Of a DNA stretch of 64,000 bases, positions 38,801 through 51,585 are shown in pieces. Position numbers and translations under genes: made by a program. Position 1 is the stretch's first letter; every line of letters starts with the position of its first letter. The DNA is from Gnetum montanum (Eukaryota > Plantae > Gnetophyta). The notes beneath the pieces were generated by a model that saw nothing but the letters and a program-made list of their open reading frames with translations, was not told where the DNA came from and ran no database searches. The stretch lies in the NCBI GenBank assembly GCA_015680685.1, contig MNCI01002379.1:566780-630779 (forward strand), given 5' to 3'.

Positions 38801-38930
38801 CCTTCTAAAGTCCGAAGTTGGATAAGATAGGTCATAGCTACCAAAAATGGTAAGAGTAGTTAGTGTGAGGGGGCTATGAGGTGAGGGAGGTGAGTATCCA
38901 TGTTAGCTCCACACTACGCAACATGGATAC
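35880..38930. repeat. Palindromic motif array CCAC(G/A)CT...AGC(G/A)TGG, ~180-190 bp spacing
   Basis: Motif pairs near 37040, 37221, 37401, 37581, 37955, 38135, 38330, 38520, 38745 and 38905. Confidence 0.7.
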
Positions 38931-39294
38931 AAGAGGGATAAAGTTGTAGCATTATTTTAGGAATTCTAAGAGGTTAAATCCCTAGCGTTAATGGAGTTTT
39001 TTAGTTTAAAAATGCCATGCATGAGGGTGTATGGCGGGGTCCATGGCCGAAAACTTAAAAAATCAAGAAAATTAAGTGTAAGTGTTGTTTTTCCTTCCAC
39101 TCTCAACATAGAGAATACTTCCCCACCTTACAATTCAATGCACTTTGAGTTCCAATGAAATGGGGATGATAGTGGAAGCATTTATGTTTAGGCTTTATTT
39201 TTATTATTAATTCACCTAAAACACCAATGACACTTCCCAATCCACATCGAGCGCATTGAAGTAGAGGTTTAGAAATGTTTGTTGTTGCAAATAC

Positions 39295-42200
39295 TATGTA
39301 TCCTTTAAATTGTTTTAGTATGTGTCAAAACGTTAAGTAAAATAGAGTTAAAGGTTGTGTCCATGATTGTATGTTTATTTTTTTTGTAGGACTACATACA
39401 CAAGAAACCAAGATGAGCTCAAGAGGACAAGGAATGCACCATTTAGAGCTCAAAAAAGGAGGTCACCCACATGATCTTCAAACAAACATTTAAAGAACAT
39501 GGAGAAGGACCAGATACTATACAAGCAAGGTTATCATCATTAAAGTATGTGAAAGATCAAGGATATGAACAAGGAACAAGGCATTCATCATGCAAGTGAA
39601 AGTAAACAAAGACATCCTCAAGAAATAGAAGATGAATTGGGAAAATTAACAGCTTCATAGACAAAGACATCTCTAAGAAATAGTAGACATATTTCTTTAG
39701 GCAAAGATGTCTTCATCACAAAAAGATGTCTTCATAGAATGCAAACTAAGTTCATAAATATGTCTTTCATATGACAAGGACATCTCCTAGAATGAAGACT
39801 TCAAAAATATGCCTTTCACTAAATAAAGATGTCTTTCCAAAATGGAAGGAAATTTTAGAATAACATCTTAGGTAGAAAGACATCTTCCATTATCATGATT
39901 GGCCATTCACTAGTTATTACACGAGTTCCAAGATGGATTTAAAAACATTGTAGCTATAAGAAGACTTGATGTGCATTGAAAAAGTGCATGCCTTTTAGTA
40001 TTCATTGTACAATCATTTGTAATCATTGAATTCTCTATTTCTCCTCATTGTTTTATCATTTTACCCTTGTAAAGTGTGTTGTACCTAACTAGACAAGGAT
40101 CAACAAATTAGCTTGCAATTATTCCTTCTAATTATTTTTCTTGTTTTCCTACAAGGTTGATGTGCTTGAGCTTGTTGAGATCCTGCAGGATTGAGTTGTT
40201 GGTCTATGATACAACACTCTAGTATAGAGCTCAAGATTGTAAAGGCTGTGGAAGCCTTGAAATCATATTTCTAAGCCTAATAGAACCTTGTAGTGTTGAG
40301 TGATTGGTGTTGTAGTACAACACTCCAAAGTAGGGCTTGAAGACTGTATAGGGTGTGGATCCTTCAACCACATTTTGAGAGCAACAAAGTCAAAATGTGT
40401 CCTTGCAATGTACCCTCTGACTATGGACTACCCAAGTTGGGGAACCAAATTAAACTTGGTGTGTATGCTTTGTTTGTTTAGGTTTTAATTAGATATACTT
40501 ATTCATCCCCCTTTCTAAGTTTAATGATCCACAAGTGGTATTAAAGTGTGGTACAATTTTTTGTCATCATCAACTTCAAGAGTGAATAATAAAAGGGACA
40601 TCCTATACAAATCCATTCATGTTCAATGGATTTGACTTCACCTACTAGAAAGCTAGGATGCAAGGATTCTTTGAATATGTGGAGTTTAAACTATGGGAGT
40701 CAATTCTAGAAGGCTATGTTGCACCTGTTGATGTCACCACCAGCATCATCAAGCCCCAAAATAAATGGTCTCAAGAAGAAAAGGATAAGTTCACATTTGA
40801 TTCAAATGAAAAAATTATTTATATTGTTCTTTAAATAAATCTAAATTTAATAAGATAGCATGATGTAAAATGGCCAAAGAAATTTAGCAAAATTTAGAAG
40901 CTACTTATGAAGGAATGTCTATTGTTAAGCAATCTACATTGTTAGTTTTACAAAGTAAATATGATAAAATCAAAATGAGAGAAGGTGAGAAAACCAAGGA
41001 TTATTTCTCTAGAGCTAATGATCTTGTTTTAGTAATTAGAGGAATAGGAAAGGATCTACCCAAAAGTGATGTCATTATCAAAATGATCAAAACTCTACAA
41101 CCAAAGTTCATACATAAAGTCACAACCATGGACGAAATCAGAGATTTCTTAACTCTCAAATTTGATGAACTTCAAAGTTCTCTAATCACCTATGCAATGA
41201 ATCTCATAAGTAAAGGAGTAATCTAAGAAATAATTATTACTCTAAAGACTACCTCCAAGGATAAGGAGGTCAATGAGCATGATGATGGCAACAACAATGA
41301 GATTTCTCTTCTCTCAAGGAAATTACAATGATTACTTATAAGAAGAAACAAAGGAGCATCTCAATAATAGCAAAGACCTAATCTCTTCAAAGGTAGAGAA
41401 AGAGGTTGAAATTTTTTTAACTCTTCTAACTTAGATATTTCTTTTATAGAATGTTGGGTTTGCGGAGGAAAATGCCATATGGCCTTTGAATGTCATAGTG
41501 ATCCAAATGATAGCAAAGTTCAACCAAAGAATAGATCCAATGATGAGGAATTGAAAAATACCAACTTCTATACAAGTTGGGATGATGGTGACAAAAGTGA
41601 AGAAGAAGCATGTAATTTTTCCAAAGATTCAAATCTCATCTCCTTGGTGCATACTAATGAACCTTCTTCACATATGACTAAACAAAATGGTAAGTGTGAT
41701 AAGAGGTATAGTAAATTTAAAGAAGAAGTTTTTCTCATACATCATTTGATTAGGAAGGCAAAGAAATTAGTACTTTCTAAGGTAAATTCTATTCATGTTA
41801 AATTGAAAGAAGAAATATCAAATATAAAATTTGAGATTCAATAGCTAACCTCTTGTAACAAGGATTGCAACAAGGTTCAACAAGAGCAGATTCCTAAAAA
41901 TCAGCCAAAGAATTCAAAGGATGTAACACTTGAAGTTTCAACTTCAAGGTCAATCATAGTAAGGTTTGATAATTTTTATCATGAGGATGATATTACTTCT
42001 ATATGTAAAAATTATGGTTTTACGAAAACTCTTAACTACGATGATCAAAATGAAGATTAATGCTTGGTCTTGTCAAAAAGGCTTTGGTAAGGAAATTGAG
42101 TAGGTAATTATCAATGAGAATGAAGAGAAGTGGAGTATTGAAAATAAAGCAAAATGTTATCAAAGGTTTTATCCTAAAGAGCATGAAAAAATAGAGACAT

Positions 42201-45200
42201 TAGATACACAATCTAATAAAAAAGAACTTATGGATGAGGAACTACTTCATGATAGGGGACCTCACCTCAAACTCCATTAAAATTCTCTCAACAATGGCAA
42301 GCAAGGTAAGTCTCCATCTCTTTGCTTGCTAGAATAGTATTTAAAGTCCAAAATTACTTGTCTTGAAAAATGTTGAAATAAGTATCCCTTACATTCATTC
42401 ATTAGTTTTGCAAAGATTTGTAGTGTAGCACTTGTAATAATTTATTACTTTGCATTCATCCTTGCTTAATTTGAAATTCTTGTGCTGACTTGTTTCTATG
42501 CTCATAGCCTTTGGGATGTTTTTGCTATTTATAAGATAAGACAAGGATCTGAAAATTTCTATCAATATTGCTAGTTGAAATCCTTGATCTCCACAATTAA
42601 GCCTAATGTTGACCTACAACTATAGTGTTTTTTTGATACTTACACATTAATATTAAAAGCCCAAGATAAGCATCACATGTGTAGGTAGAGCCTATTTCTC
42701 ATTTTTAGTCATTATCTTGGAGATCACCAATGTAGGGGGAGTCTTTGGAGACATCAAACATTGAAACAAAAAATTATTCTAAAATGAGTAAAGATTCATG
42801 GAATGCAAAATATTCAAGGTAAAAGTAGAACTAGCTATTGATTAAGATTTCTTGGAAGTATTTTACATTATCACTATCTAAAATCTTGCTAAAACTTACT
42901 TAGTTATTCTTGGACATTGATTTTTCTTTTTTCTTTTCTTTTTTGGAACTTACTCCTCTTAATTTTCTTTATGTTATTTACTTTCCCTCATGATGTTTCC
43001 TAAGAGTTGAGTTCAAGTGAGATCCTGATACATTGGTTTCTCTTATGGGTTTATTGGTTCAAATGATAGTTTATTGGATCCTCAAAAATTGACTCTAACA
43101 GAAGGCAACTTCTATTATGATTTTTAGCCCTTTAAAAGTAATACTTAGAGAATGTCTTGAGATACTTGATGGATCACTTGCATCTACATGCTCTATTTTT
43201 GGTATTTTTTAATTAAGTTTATTAATCAACTATTTTTACACCATCATGTTTACGTTAGTAGAGAACATCAAGAAGTATATCAATGATTATGTCTATTGTA
43301 TTCCCTTGTTCAAAACATAAAATATGCATGTTTCTCTCTCATATTTTATTATTGATTTCTTCTTCGCTAAATCTAGAAATACAAAATGTCATAGAATGGT
43401 TGTTTCTAATAGATAGACTTCTTGATCCTCCATGCTTTGTCCTTGGTCTTTCACATCAATTTGTGTTTAGTCATCATTATTTTTGAACTAACAGCCCACC
43501 TATTTGATATTCAATCATAAACTAAAGTAAGAAGTACCTATTTTTGTAAAGCAACTAGTTGGTATTATGAACAAGATCATGATAATGTTTTTGAAGTATA
43601 TATGGTTTTGATTGAATCATCTATTGAATATTTTTTTAAGATTAAGAATTAAGAATTTGCATGACTGGTTTTAATTAGTTTTGCTATACTAACCTACTCT
43701 TTTGCAAATCTTTTAAAAACAATGAAAAATATTAGAAAATAAAAGAACCATGCGATGAAAACTACTAATGACTTCTTGATTTAGAGACAAGGTTACTTGA
43801 TCTTCAATGCCTATACTTCACTTCATGCCTTATGTTTAAATGTCCCATGGAAGGCTACGATCAATTCTTGGCTAATTAAGGGGTACCTTTTCATGGATCT
43901 TAATGTTGAAAACTTTGTATTCCTTAAATTGATTTGCTTGATCCACTATACATTTTTGGGATTATGTTATAATGTGTGATTTTGCATATTATCTTAAAAT
44001 TATATCTATTTTGCATGAATTTTTGGTAATTTATCCTTTTTGTTACTATTCAAAAAGGGGGAGAGTAGTATGGTTATATATGTGTGATGTATGGTTATAT
44101 ATGTATGATCACTAACCCATTTTCATAAGTTTTGAACATCACCAAAAAGATGAAGATTGTGGATCCTTTAGTGTGTTTTGTTGTGTATCAAAACATTAAG
44201 TAAATTGGAGTCAAAGGTTGTTTTCATGGTGGTATTGTTATTGTGTTTGTAGGACCATGTACACAGGAAACTAAGATGAGCTAAAGAGGATAAGGAACAA
44301 AATTTTTAGAGATCAAAAGAGGAGGTCATTCACATGAACTTCAAATGAACATTCAAAGAACATGGATAATGGCTAGATACTATACAAGGAAGGTTATCAT
44401 CATTAAATCATGAGGAAGATCAAGGCTATGGACAATGAACGATGTATTCATCATGTAAGGAGAAGTCAACAAAGATGTATTTAAGAAATAAAAGATGACT
44501 TGGAAAAATTGAAGGCTTCACAAACAAAGATGTCTCTGGGAAATAGCAGACATATTTCTTTAGGAAAAGACATCTTTATCATAGAAAGATGTCTTCAAAT
44601 AATTTCTACCAAAATGGAGAATTCAAAAAGACATCTTTCACTAAACAAAGATGTCTTCTAAGAATGGAAGGAAATTTCAGAGAGATGCCTTTGGCATGAG
44701 AAAAAGTCTTCCATGATCATTGGCTAGCTATTGCACAAGTTTCAAGATGGATTTAGAAACATAGCAGCTATAAGAAGACATGATGTGCATTGGAAAAAGT
44801 GAAAAACTTGTATTATTCAATGTACAATCATTTGTAATAATTGAATTCTTTGTTGCTTCTCATTGTTTTATCATTTTGGCATTGTAAAGTGTGTTGTACC
44901 TAACTATACAAGGATTAACAAACTGAGCTACAATTATTCCTTGTAATTATTGTTCTTGTTTTCCTATAAAGTTGATGTGTTTGATCTTATCAAGATCTTG
45001 TGGGATTGAATTTTTGGTGCTACGGTACAATACTTTGGTGCAGAGCTCAATATTGTTAAGGTTTTGGAAGCCTTGAAACCACATTTCCAAGCCTAATGGA
45101 ACCTTGTGAAGTTGAGTGATTGGTGCTGTGGTACAACACTCTAGAGTGAGGCTTGAAGAATTTATAGGATGTGGATCCTTTAACCAAATTTTAAGAGCAA

Positions 45201-45348
45201 CAAAGTTCAAAGGTGTCCCTGCAATCTACCCTTTGATTGTGGACTACCCAAGTAGGGAAACCATGTTAAATTTTGTGTGTGTTCTTTGTTTATTCAAGTT
45301 TTAATTTGGAGAACTTATTCACCCCCCTTCTAAGTTAAATGATCTACA
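39295..45348 (+). mobile_element. Element E: SIRE-like Ty1/copia, gag only (non-autonomous), nested in C
   Basis: LTRs 39295-40533 and 44158-45348; TSD AATAC/AACAC; tRNA-iMet PBS TGGTATTAAAG at 40536; C-rich ATTCACCCCCC near the LTR 3' ends; several PPT-like tracts (42734, 44052, 44144). Confidence 0.85.
40600..42300 (+). pseudogene. gag: copia gag of E
   Basis: PFMFNGFDFTY*KARMQ; ORF 40915-41226 KMREGEKTKDYFSR...KFIHKVT; zinc knuckle CWVCGGKCHMAFEC at ~41450-41493. Confidence 0.85.
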
Positions 45349-45449
45349 AACACCTTCTCCATTCAATGTTGAAGAACCAAATCATCCTCCCAACTAGCAT
45401 ATAAGCATCAACTCTTCAGTTTTCAAGCTTTTGTAGCATTGGTGCAACT

Positions 45450-48400
45450 AGGATGAAGAAACATGGAGGACCAAGTAAAAACCCAAGGCTTTAGAAGGTA
45501 GATGAGGCTAATTAGAATGTATTTAAGCTACCTCAGTGTATTTTAATTTAGGCTTCTTCCTTAATCACTCCCAAGTAGGCTATCTCTAACCCATTTTCTC
45601 TAGCTTCCTAGCCATTTTTATGTTTTTTGAGCTAGGATAGGGGTCGTTTTCTTTAGATCTATGAAAATGGGGTTCATGAAGTTGAATTCTAAAAATATCC
45701 CACATCATATGTAGATATATGGTTATTTTTTTATTCAAGATTTAGTATATTTAATTTATAAAATAGGCTTGCTTTCTTTTGTGTGGTTTTTCTATAAATT
45801 GGTGAGTGGAACCGTCTTTGTTAGATCTAGGCTAATACTTTTGTTAAAGTTAAATTATAAAAAAATACTACCTCCTATTTTGATGTGTTTCTACATGGGT
45901 TTAAGGTTGTTTGGCTATTTTGACTACTAATCATGGCTAAGTTAAATTAGGATTTATGAATTTTATGTTTTTAAATGCTTTTTTGATGAAAAATGTAAGC
46001 AAAGTTGTGAATTTTTTATTAAGAAAATGGCTAAATGTTGGCAAAATGTAAGCTTATTTATTTTTAGGGGTATGTTTCAAATTTACATTGGCTATGGTAT
46101 CCTCTAATTTGGATTCATAATGACAAAGTTATGGCTATTTCAATTAGGTTGTGTAATTAAGGTTTGTGCTTTTTTTCAAATTTTCATCCAAGTTAATGAT
46201 TTTTTCAATAAATAGAAAAGGTTTTGAATTTTTTCTAAGTGTGGGTGTGTAGAGCTCAATTTAAGCTTTCAAATGGTGGTGGAATCACTTCATTTATAGC
46301 TCAAACTAAGTTTTAGCAAAGTTTTTACTAACCTTGTGCAGGAAGGAGTTTCTGTTGATAGCTAGAGTTGTGCAAATCTAGCTATAGCTTATGTAAGATT
46401 AGTTATGTATTTGTTGGTTGTATTGGCTACATCTAAAAAGCTTATGATTTCAAAATTCCTTCAGTGGTGGAATCACTAAAATTAGATCTTTGGGGAATAT
46501 TTTATGAATTTTTAACCATGGCTATGTCATTTAGGATTAAGTCTGGATGTAGCACTTTACCCCTTGGAAATTGATGTTACTGACATACTTAAAGATTTCT
46601 CTTGCAAATTTCCATGCCCTTGGGGATGTCTAAATATGTAAACTGTTCTCTAAATTTGGTTTCATGAGAAATAGAGATTTTTCCTATTTTTAGTAGGATT
46701 TTTCCTATGGCCATTTTTTCTAGGTATTAATAACTTTTTCTAAATTAATGTATGGTTTGGAGCAAGGCATAATTTTGGTTATGATGTTTAGGCTATAATA
46801 TTTAGTCTACAATGTTTTAGCTATAATGGTTTAATGACTATGGAGGTTTTAAATTGGTTGTTGTCGAATCTCTAAATGAATTTTGACAACCACTTTAGAG
46901 TTTTTTACAAGGCCTAATTTCACCTATAACTAAGGTGTTTTGTGAAATTCATAGGAAAATTCTAAGTGTTGAAACATGATCCTAACAATCCTTATGTTTT
47001 GCCCTTGTAGGATCTTGTTGGAGCCCATGCTCATCGTAGTCGAGTTAGTTAGCATCCTATGCTATATAAACTAGCCTAAGGCCAACACCCTTCTACCTGA
47101 CATGGTCATAGAGAAGGGATCACTATGGTTTCATTTGAGGACAAGGTAATTCCTTGCATACCTTATACAAAACTTTAGTTTGATGATGTGTTTGCACTTA
47201 TCTATAGAGGTCATTGAGGTCATAGTGGAGACCATGCTTCCTGGGTCTACATGGTTGGTTTCTTGATTCATAATTGATGGTCTAGAGACTTGAGTAGTAG
47301 GAGAGCTAGTGGACATGAAGGATACCACTAGTATGTGTTAGCTTTTAGACATTTGGAAGATGATAGAGTATTCTAGGTACAACATTAATAATGCTCTAAG
47401 GATGATGCAAATAGCTCACTCCTTATTCCAGAATCCTCCAGGCATCATGTACCAATTACATGGGTCTACATAGCTATTATAGATTTTACTATTTTAGCCT
47501 TATTTAATTTGGTCACCTTTCCTAACTTGTTGATTTCACACACATATTGCAAGTATAGGGTTAATGATCAAGGTTTGATCAAGAATTATCAAATCTTGGC
47601 AGTATCCCACACTACATAGAGTGAATTCACCAAAGGCCCTAAGATTAAACATGTTGCTTTTGAATAGCTAAGGGGGCACTTTGATGAATACCCTACCAGA
47701 TTTGACCCTATTTATAAAAGTATGTGGCTACCAAAATATCACACAGTTGGTGGGAAGCCCCCAAGGCCATCAGAGATATGGGCATCACTACTAGGAGCCC
47801 CACGCAAGATTCACTAAGCAAGAAGAATAAAGGTGAGAAAAATAATGGTTTTCTATATTATACCTAAGGTTTTATGGATACTTGGATCTTAATTATTCTA
47901 TGGTCTAAACATAGTTGTATTGACACTAAACATTTATCTTTGGCTTACATGACCTTCCACTTCTGTTGATGTCATTGTACCCCTCACTAGATGTTCTATG
48001 AACACTTTCATCCTATAGTTTAGTGATGTGGGGACAAAACAAGAGAGGTTGAGGGGGTAAGCATATGAGAACATTCAAAAAAACATCATGCTTATAGGTT
48101 TTCTCAAGGACGTTATGATGCCTAGCCCTACAATACCTTTTGTAGAGATGTTGAACATCATTGACTCATTCAACGTAAGAGCCAATGTGCTCTACACCAT
48201 AATGTGAGACATACTAATTACCATTGCCATTAGTGAGGCTACTATTCATGACTTGTTTGGTATCCTTTCCAATGAGATAGTAGTTGTTATCGAACTAGTG
48301 AAGGAGGCTAGTCATCATGCAAAAGTTGAGGAGTGGTTTGGTACCAGTAAGGGCCACTCCAGACTTTCTTTTGATAGCTTTACAAATCCTAACACAAGGG

Positions 48401-50744
48401 AGTCCCATCCCTTGTTTAGGTCTCAAGCCTTTACTAAACTATTTTCACCAAGAAAGATAATTGGTATTGCACAAGGATGGAACTCCAAGAAGGTCTTGAT
48501 GAAGGAGACTCATTTCAACTGGGTTGCTTCCTTAGCTATAGGCCTCAAGGAGGAAATCCTCAAACTCTGCAAGGACCTATCTACAACAATCCACATGCAT
48601 TATGCATTTTTTCTAGGTTATCTAAAGAGGTTCAAAAAATTTTATTGGTAAGTAGAAATGGGTTATGAGTGCACTAAGAGCCAAAACAACTCTTCAAGTC
48701 TTCGATAAAACATCTTTATCCAACTATGCAAGCTTAGAATCCACTATAGGACATGGGAGATTCTCTATCTATGGCCACCAAGAATCTTGGTGTTAGTTAG
48801 TGTGAATCCCATAATAGCATGGGAGACGTACCTCTTACATTTCTAGCAAACATCTAGAGAGCTTTATGGTTATGTGCTAAGGTTAACAGGGTAGACATGG
48901 CCAATTTTAAATGGCTAGTGGAGGAAACACTACCAACATTAGAGGCATCCTCTAAGTAAAGGATCATATTTATGATCCCTCAATTAGATCAAGCAGTCAC
49001 TAGTATGCTTTAACTATGTTCTTAATGTTCTTGGCTATGTTATGTCTTATGCCTACATGTGCTAATTTGTTTGACAATTTATGGCTATAGGTTCATGGCA
49101 AAACTTAGTAGCCCAAGCTGCTACTATAGAAGAAGAGTAAAGACAAGTAGAGGAGATGCATAGATATGCACAAGAGGAGTGAAGGCATGCAATTGAGGAG
49201 GAGCATAGGCATATATTAGCTACAAAAAAGGAGGAAAAAAGTCATGTAGAAGAGGTACTCTTGTAGCAACATGAAGCTAAAGGATTAGCCTGTGTTGATA
49301 TGGATGATGTAGACACCTTGCTTAGTGAGCCATTGCCTAGGGAGGCTTGATCAACATCCCCAATGATGATGATGATGATGAGGATGAGGATCCAAGTATG
49401 CTTATGATTTACTCATTATTTCCTATGATTTTATGTTGAATTTCTTAGTTCTTTCTATTTGATTATTGTTATGCTTATCATAGTTCTTGAGCCACCAACA
49501 AAGGCCTCTATATCCATGTTTTACATGAAACCATAGGTAGAGGTCCCAGAGAAGCTAGAATTTATGTATGAGATGGAAAAGGACAGTATCATTTGGTTAT
49601 AATAGATTACACCTAAGATTAGTAAGAACTATGTTTTGTTATACCTTATTCTTTTTTCTACAAGTTATATTTTATGTTATAGCTACTTTAGGTTGTATAT
49701 CATGTTTTTAATTATATTTTTGTTATTTCGAGTACCATTAGTTTCATGGGACCTAGCCCAAGACATGAAGTTTGAATCCTTACCTAGGCTTCCTCCTAAC
49801 ACCTTGCATGTCCCCCTAAAGATGTACAAAGCTACCACTAATCTTGTGATTTCATGTGTAAAAGGTTCATGGAAGAGTCAAAGGTCCAATGAATCCCTAT
49901 AGGAATAGGTTATGGCCTTGAAGAAGGAAAATAAAAGGAAAGATGAGAGGATTTTGGATTTTAAGAAATGTAAGGCCTTTGCAAAAGCCCAAGTGGCTAA
50001 CTCAAGGGCCTTTCAAATGAAGGAGATCATGTGGACCCACTACTGGCATACCATCCATGACAAGGTTTCACTCTCTTAGAAGTCTCATGAGCAATAGATG
50101 CAAATGTACTTGATCTTTCAAAAGGCCCAAGATTGAAAGGATTATAGTGCTTGGTTCCTAGAGTGGGGAAAGACACAAAAGGAATGACAATTGGAAGTAT
50201 AAGGCTGATTGAGAGGCATACTTGAAGTGGCTGAAGAGGGATGTGATTGAATAGTATAAAAGGGATTTGTTTATCAAAGAATTCAAGCTAAGACTGCTTT
50301 TAGGCTCTTTGAAAGCACTCTCATAATAGTTGAGTCTCCTACTCCTTAGATCACTATAGCTATTGATGAGGTCTCTATGGCTATGGTCTCATAAGAGTTG
50401 CCATTATGAATAGGTGTAGATAGAACCAATTTTGGGGATATTGACTAGGCCAACATGATAAAAGACTAAATTCTCCAACTTTTGGAGATTGGCCTTCACA
50501 ACCTTCCCTAAGATTTTATAATGCTAGATTTCCCATAGGTTTCATGGAATTTATGTTTTATCTTTTAAGTTTTGGTTTTACATTTGTTTATGTCATGGTT
50601 TTGGTTATGTTGGTTACTAATTGGTTACATGTTGTTATGTCACATGTGCTATATGATGTCAGTGGTTCCAATGGTGTAGGTGATGATGATAATACACCAT
50701 GTCCTCTCCCTCTAGATACCCTCTTGGCACCACTAGATGCATGA
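45450..50744 (+). pseudogene. Multi-exon antisense gene remnant inside element C
   Basis: Homologous to 13626-17230, e.g. EEWFGTSKGHSRLSFDSFTNPNTRESHPLFRS vs LEWLGANMGHSRILMDFFTNPNAKDSYPLFRS. Extra exon-like blocks at ~47010-47832. Confidence 0.6.
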
Positions 50745-51585
50745 TGTGATAGTTATTATTGATGATTTTTTGTATAGTTTATTTCATGTTGGACTTTGTA
50801 TGGTCCATATTAGCTAATGCTTGAGTTATGGACATATTGACACTTATGGTTTATTTTTTTGACATTGGTGCCACATATTGTAGTTGTGGCTATTATTTAT
50901 TTTAAATGTTTTAAATTTTAAATTTCTTTTAGTTTTGGCTATATATGTTGTTGATGGCTTTACCACTTTAAGGTTTTGAGATTATAAATGTTGTAAGCGA
51001 GGCTATGTTGTTGATGGCTACATTGGCTATGTTGAAAATGGTTAGAATAGAAGATTATAAATGGCCATAGGATAAGGATTACTTGCTAATTTTAAGCCAT
51101 GGTGGGACACATGTTTATCACCAGTTTAAGGCCATGATAAGCTATGATGCGAGTTTAAGGTCCTTTTAGACCATAGCACCAATTTAAATTCTTAGTGGAC
51201 TATAGTGCCTATTTAAGGCCTTGGGAAGCCATGGATTTGCTAGTTTTAGGCCATGGAAAGGCACATGTTTTACTAGTTTTAGTCCATGATGGACCCTCAT
51301 TAAAAGGAAAATTATATATTTTTAGCAATTTTTCATTTTAAAGTTTTTATGGTTTTTCTAGTTTTGAAATTTTTATAGGGATTTTGATGTTTAAAACATG
51401 TGGAAAAGCAAAGAAAGATAAATTCTATAATAAATAAATAAAAATGCAAATGAAAGTGAAAACTTAGGCTACATGCATAAAAGAGTAAAATAAACTACAA
51501 AAAAGGCATAACAAGTCAACCAAAGAAAATTTAGGCTACATGGCTATTAGTACATATCATTATATGGTTATAAGGGCATGGGATG

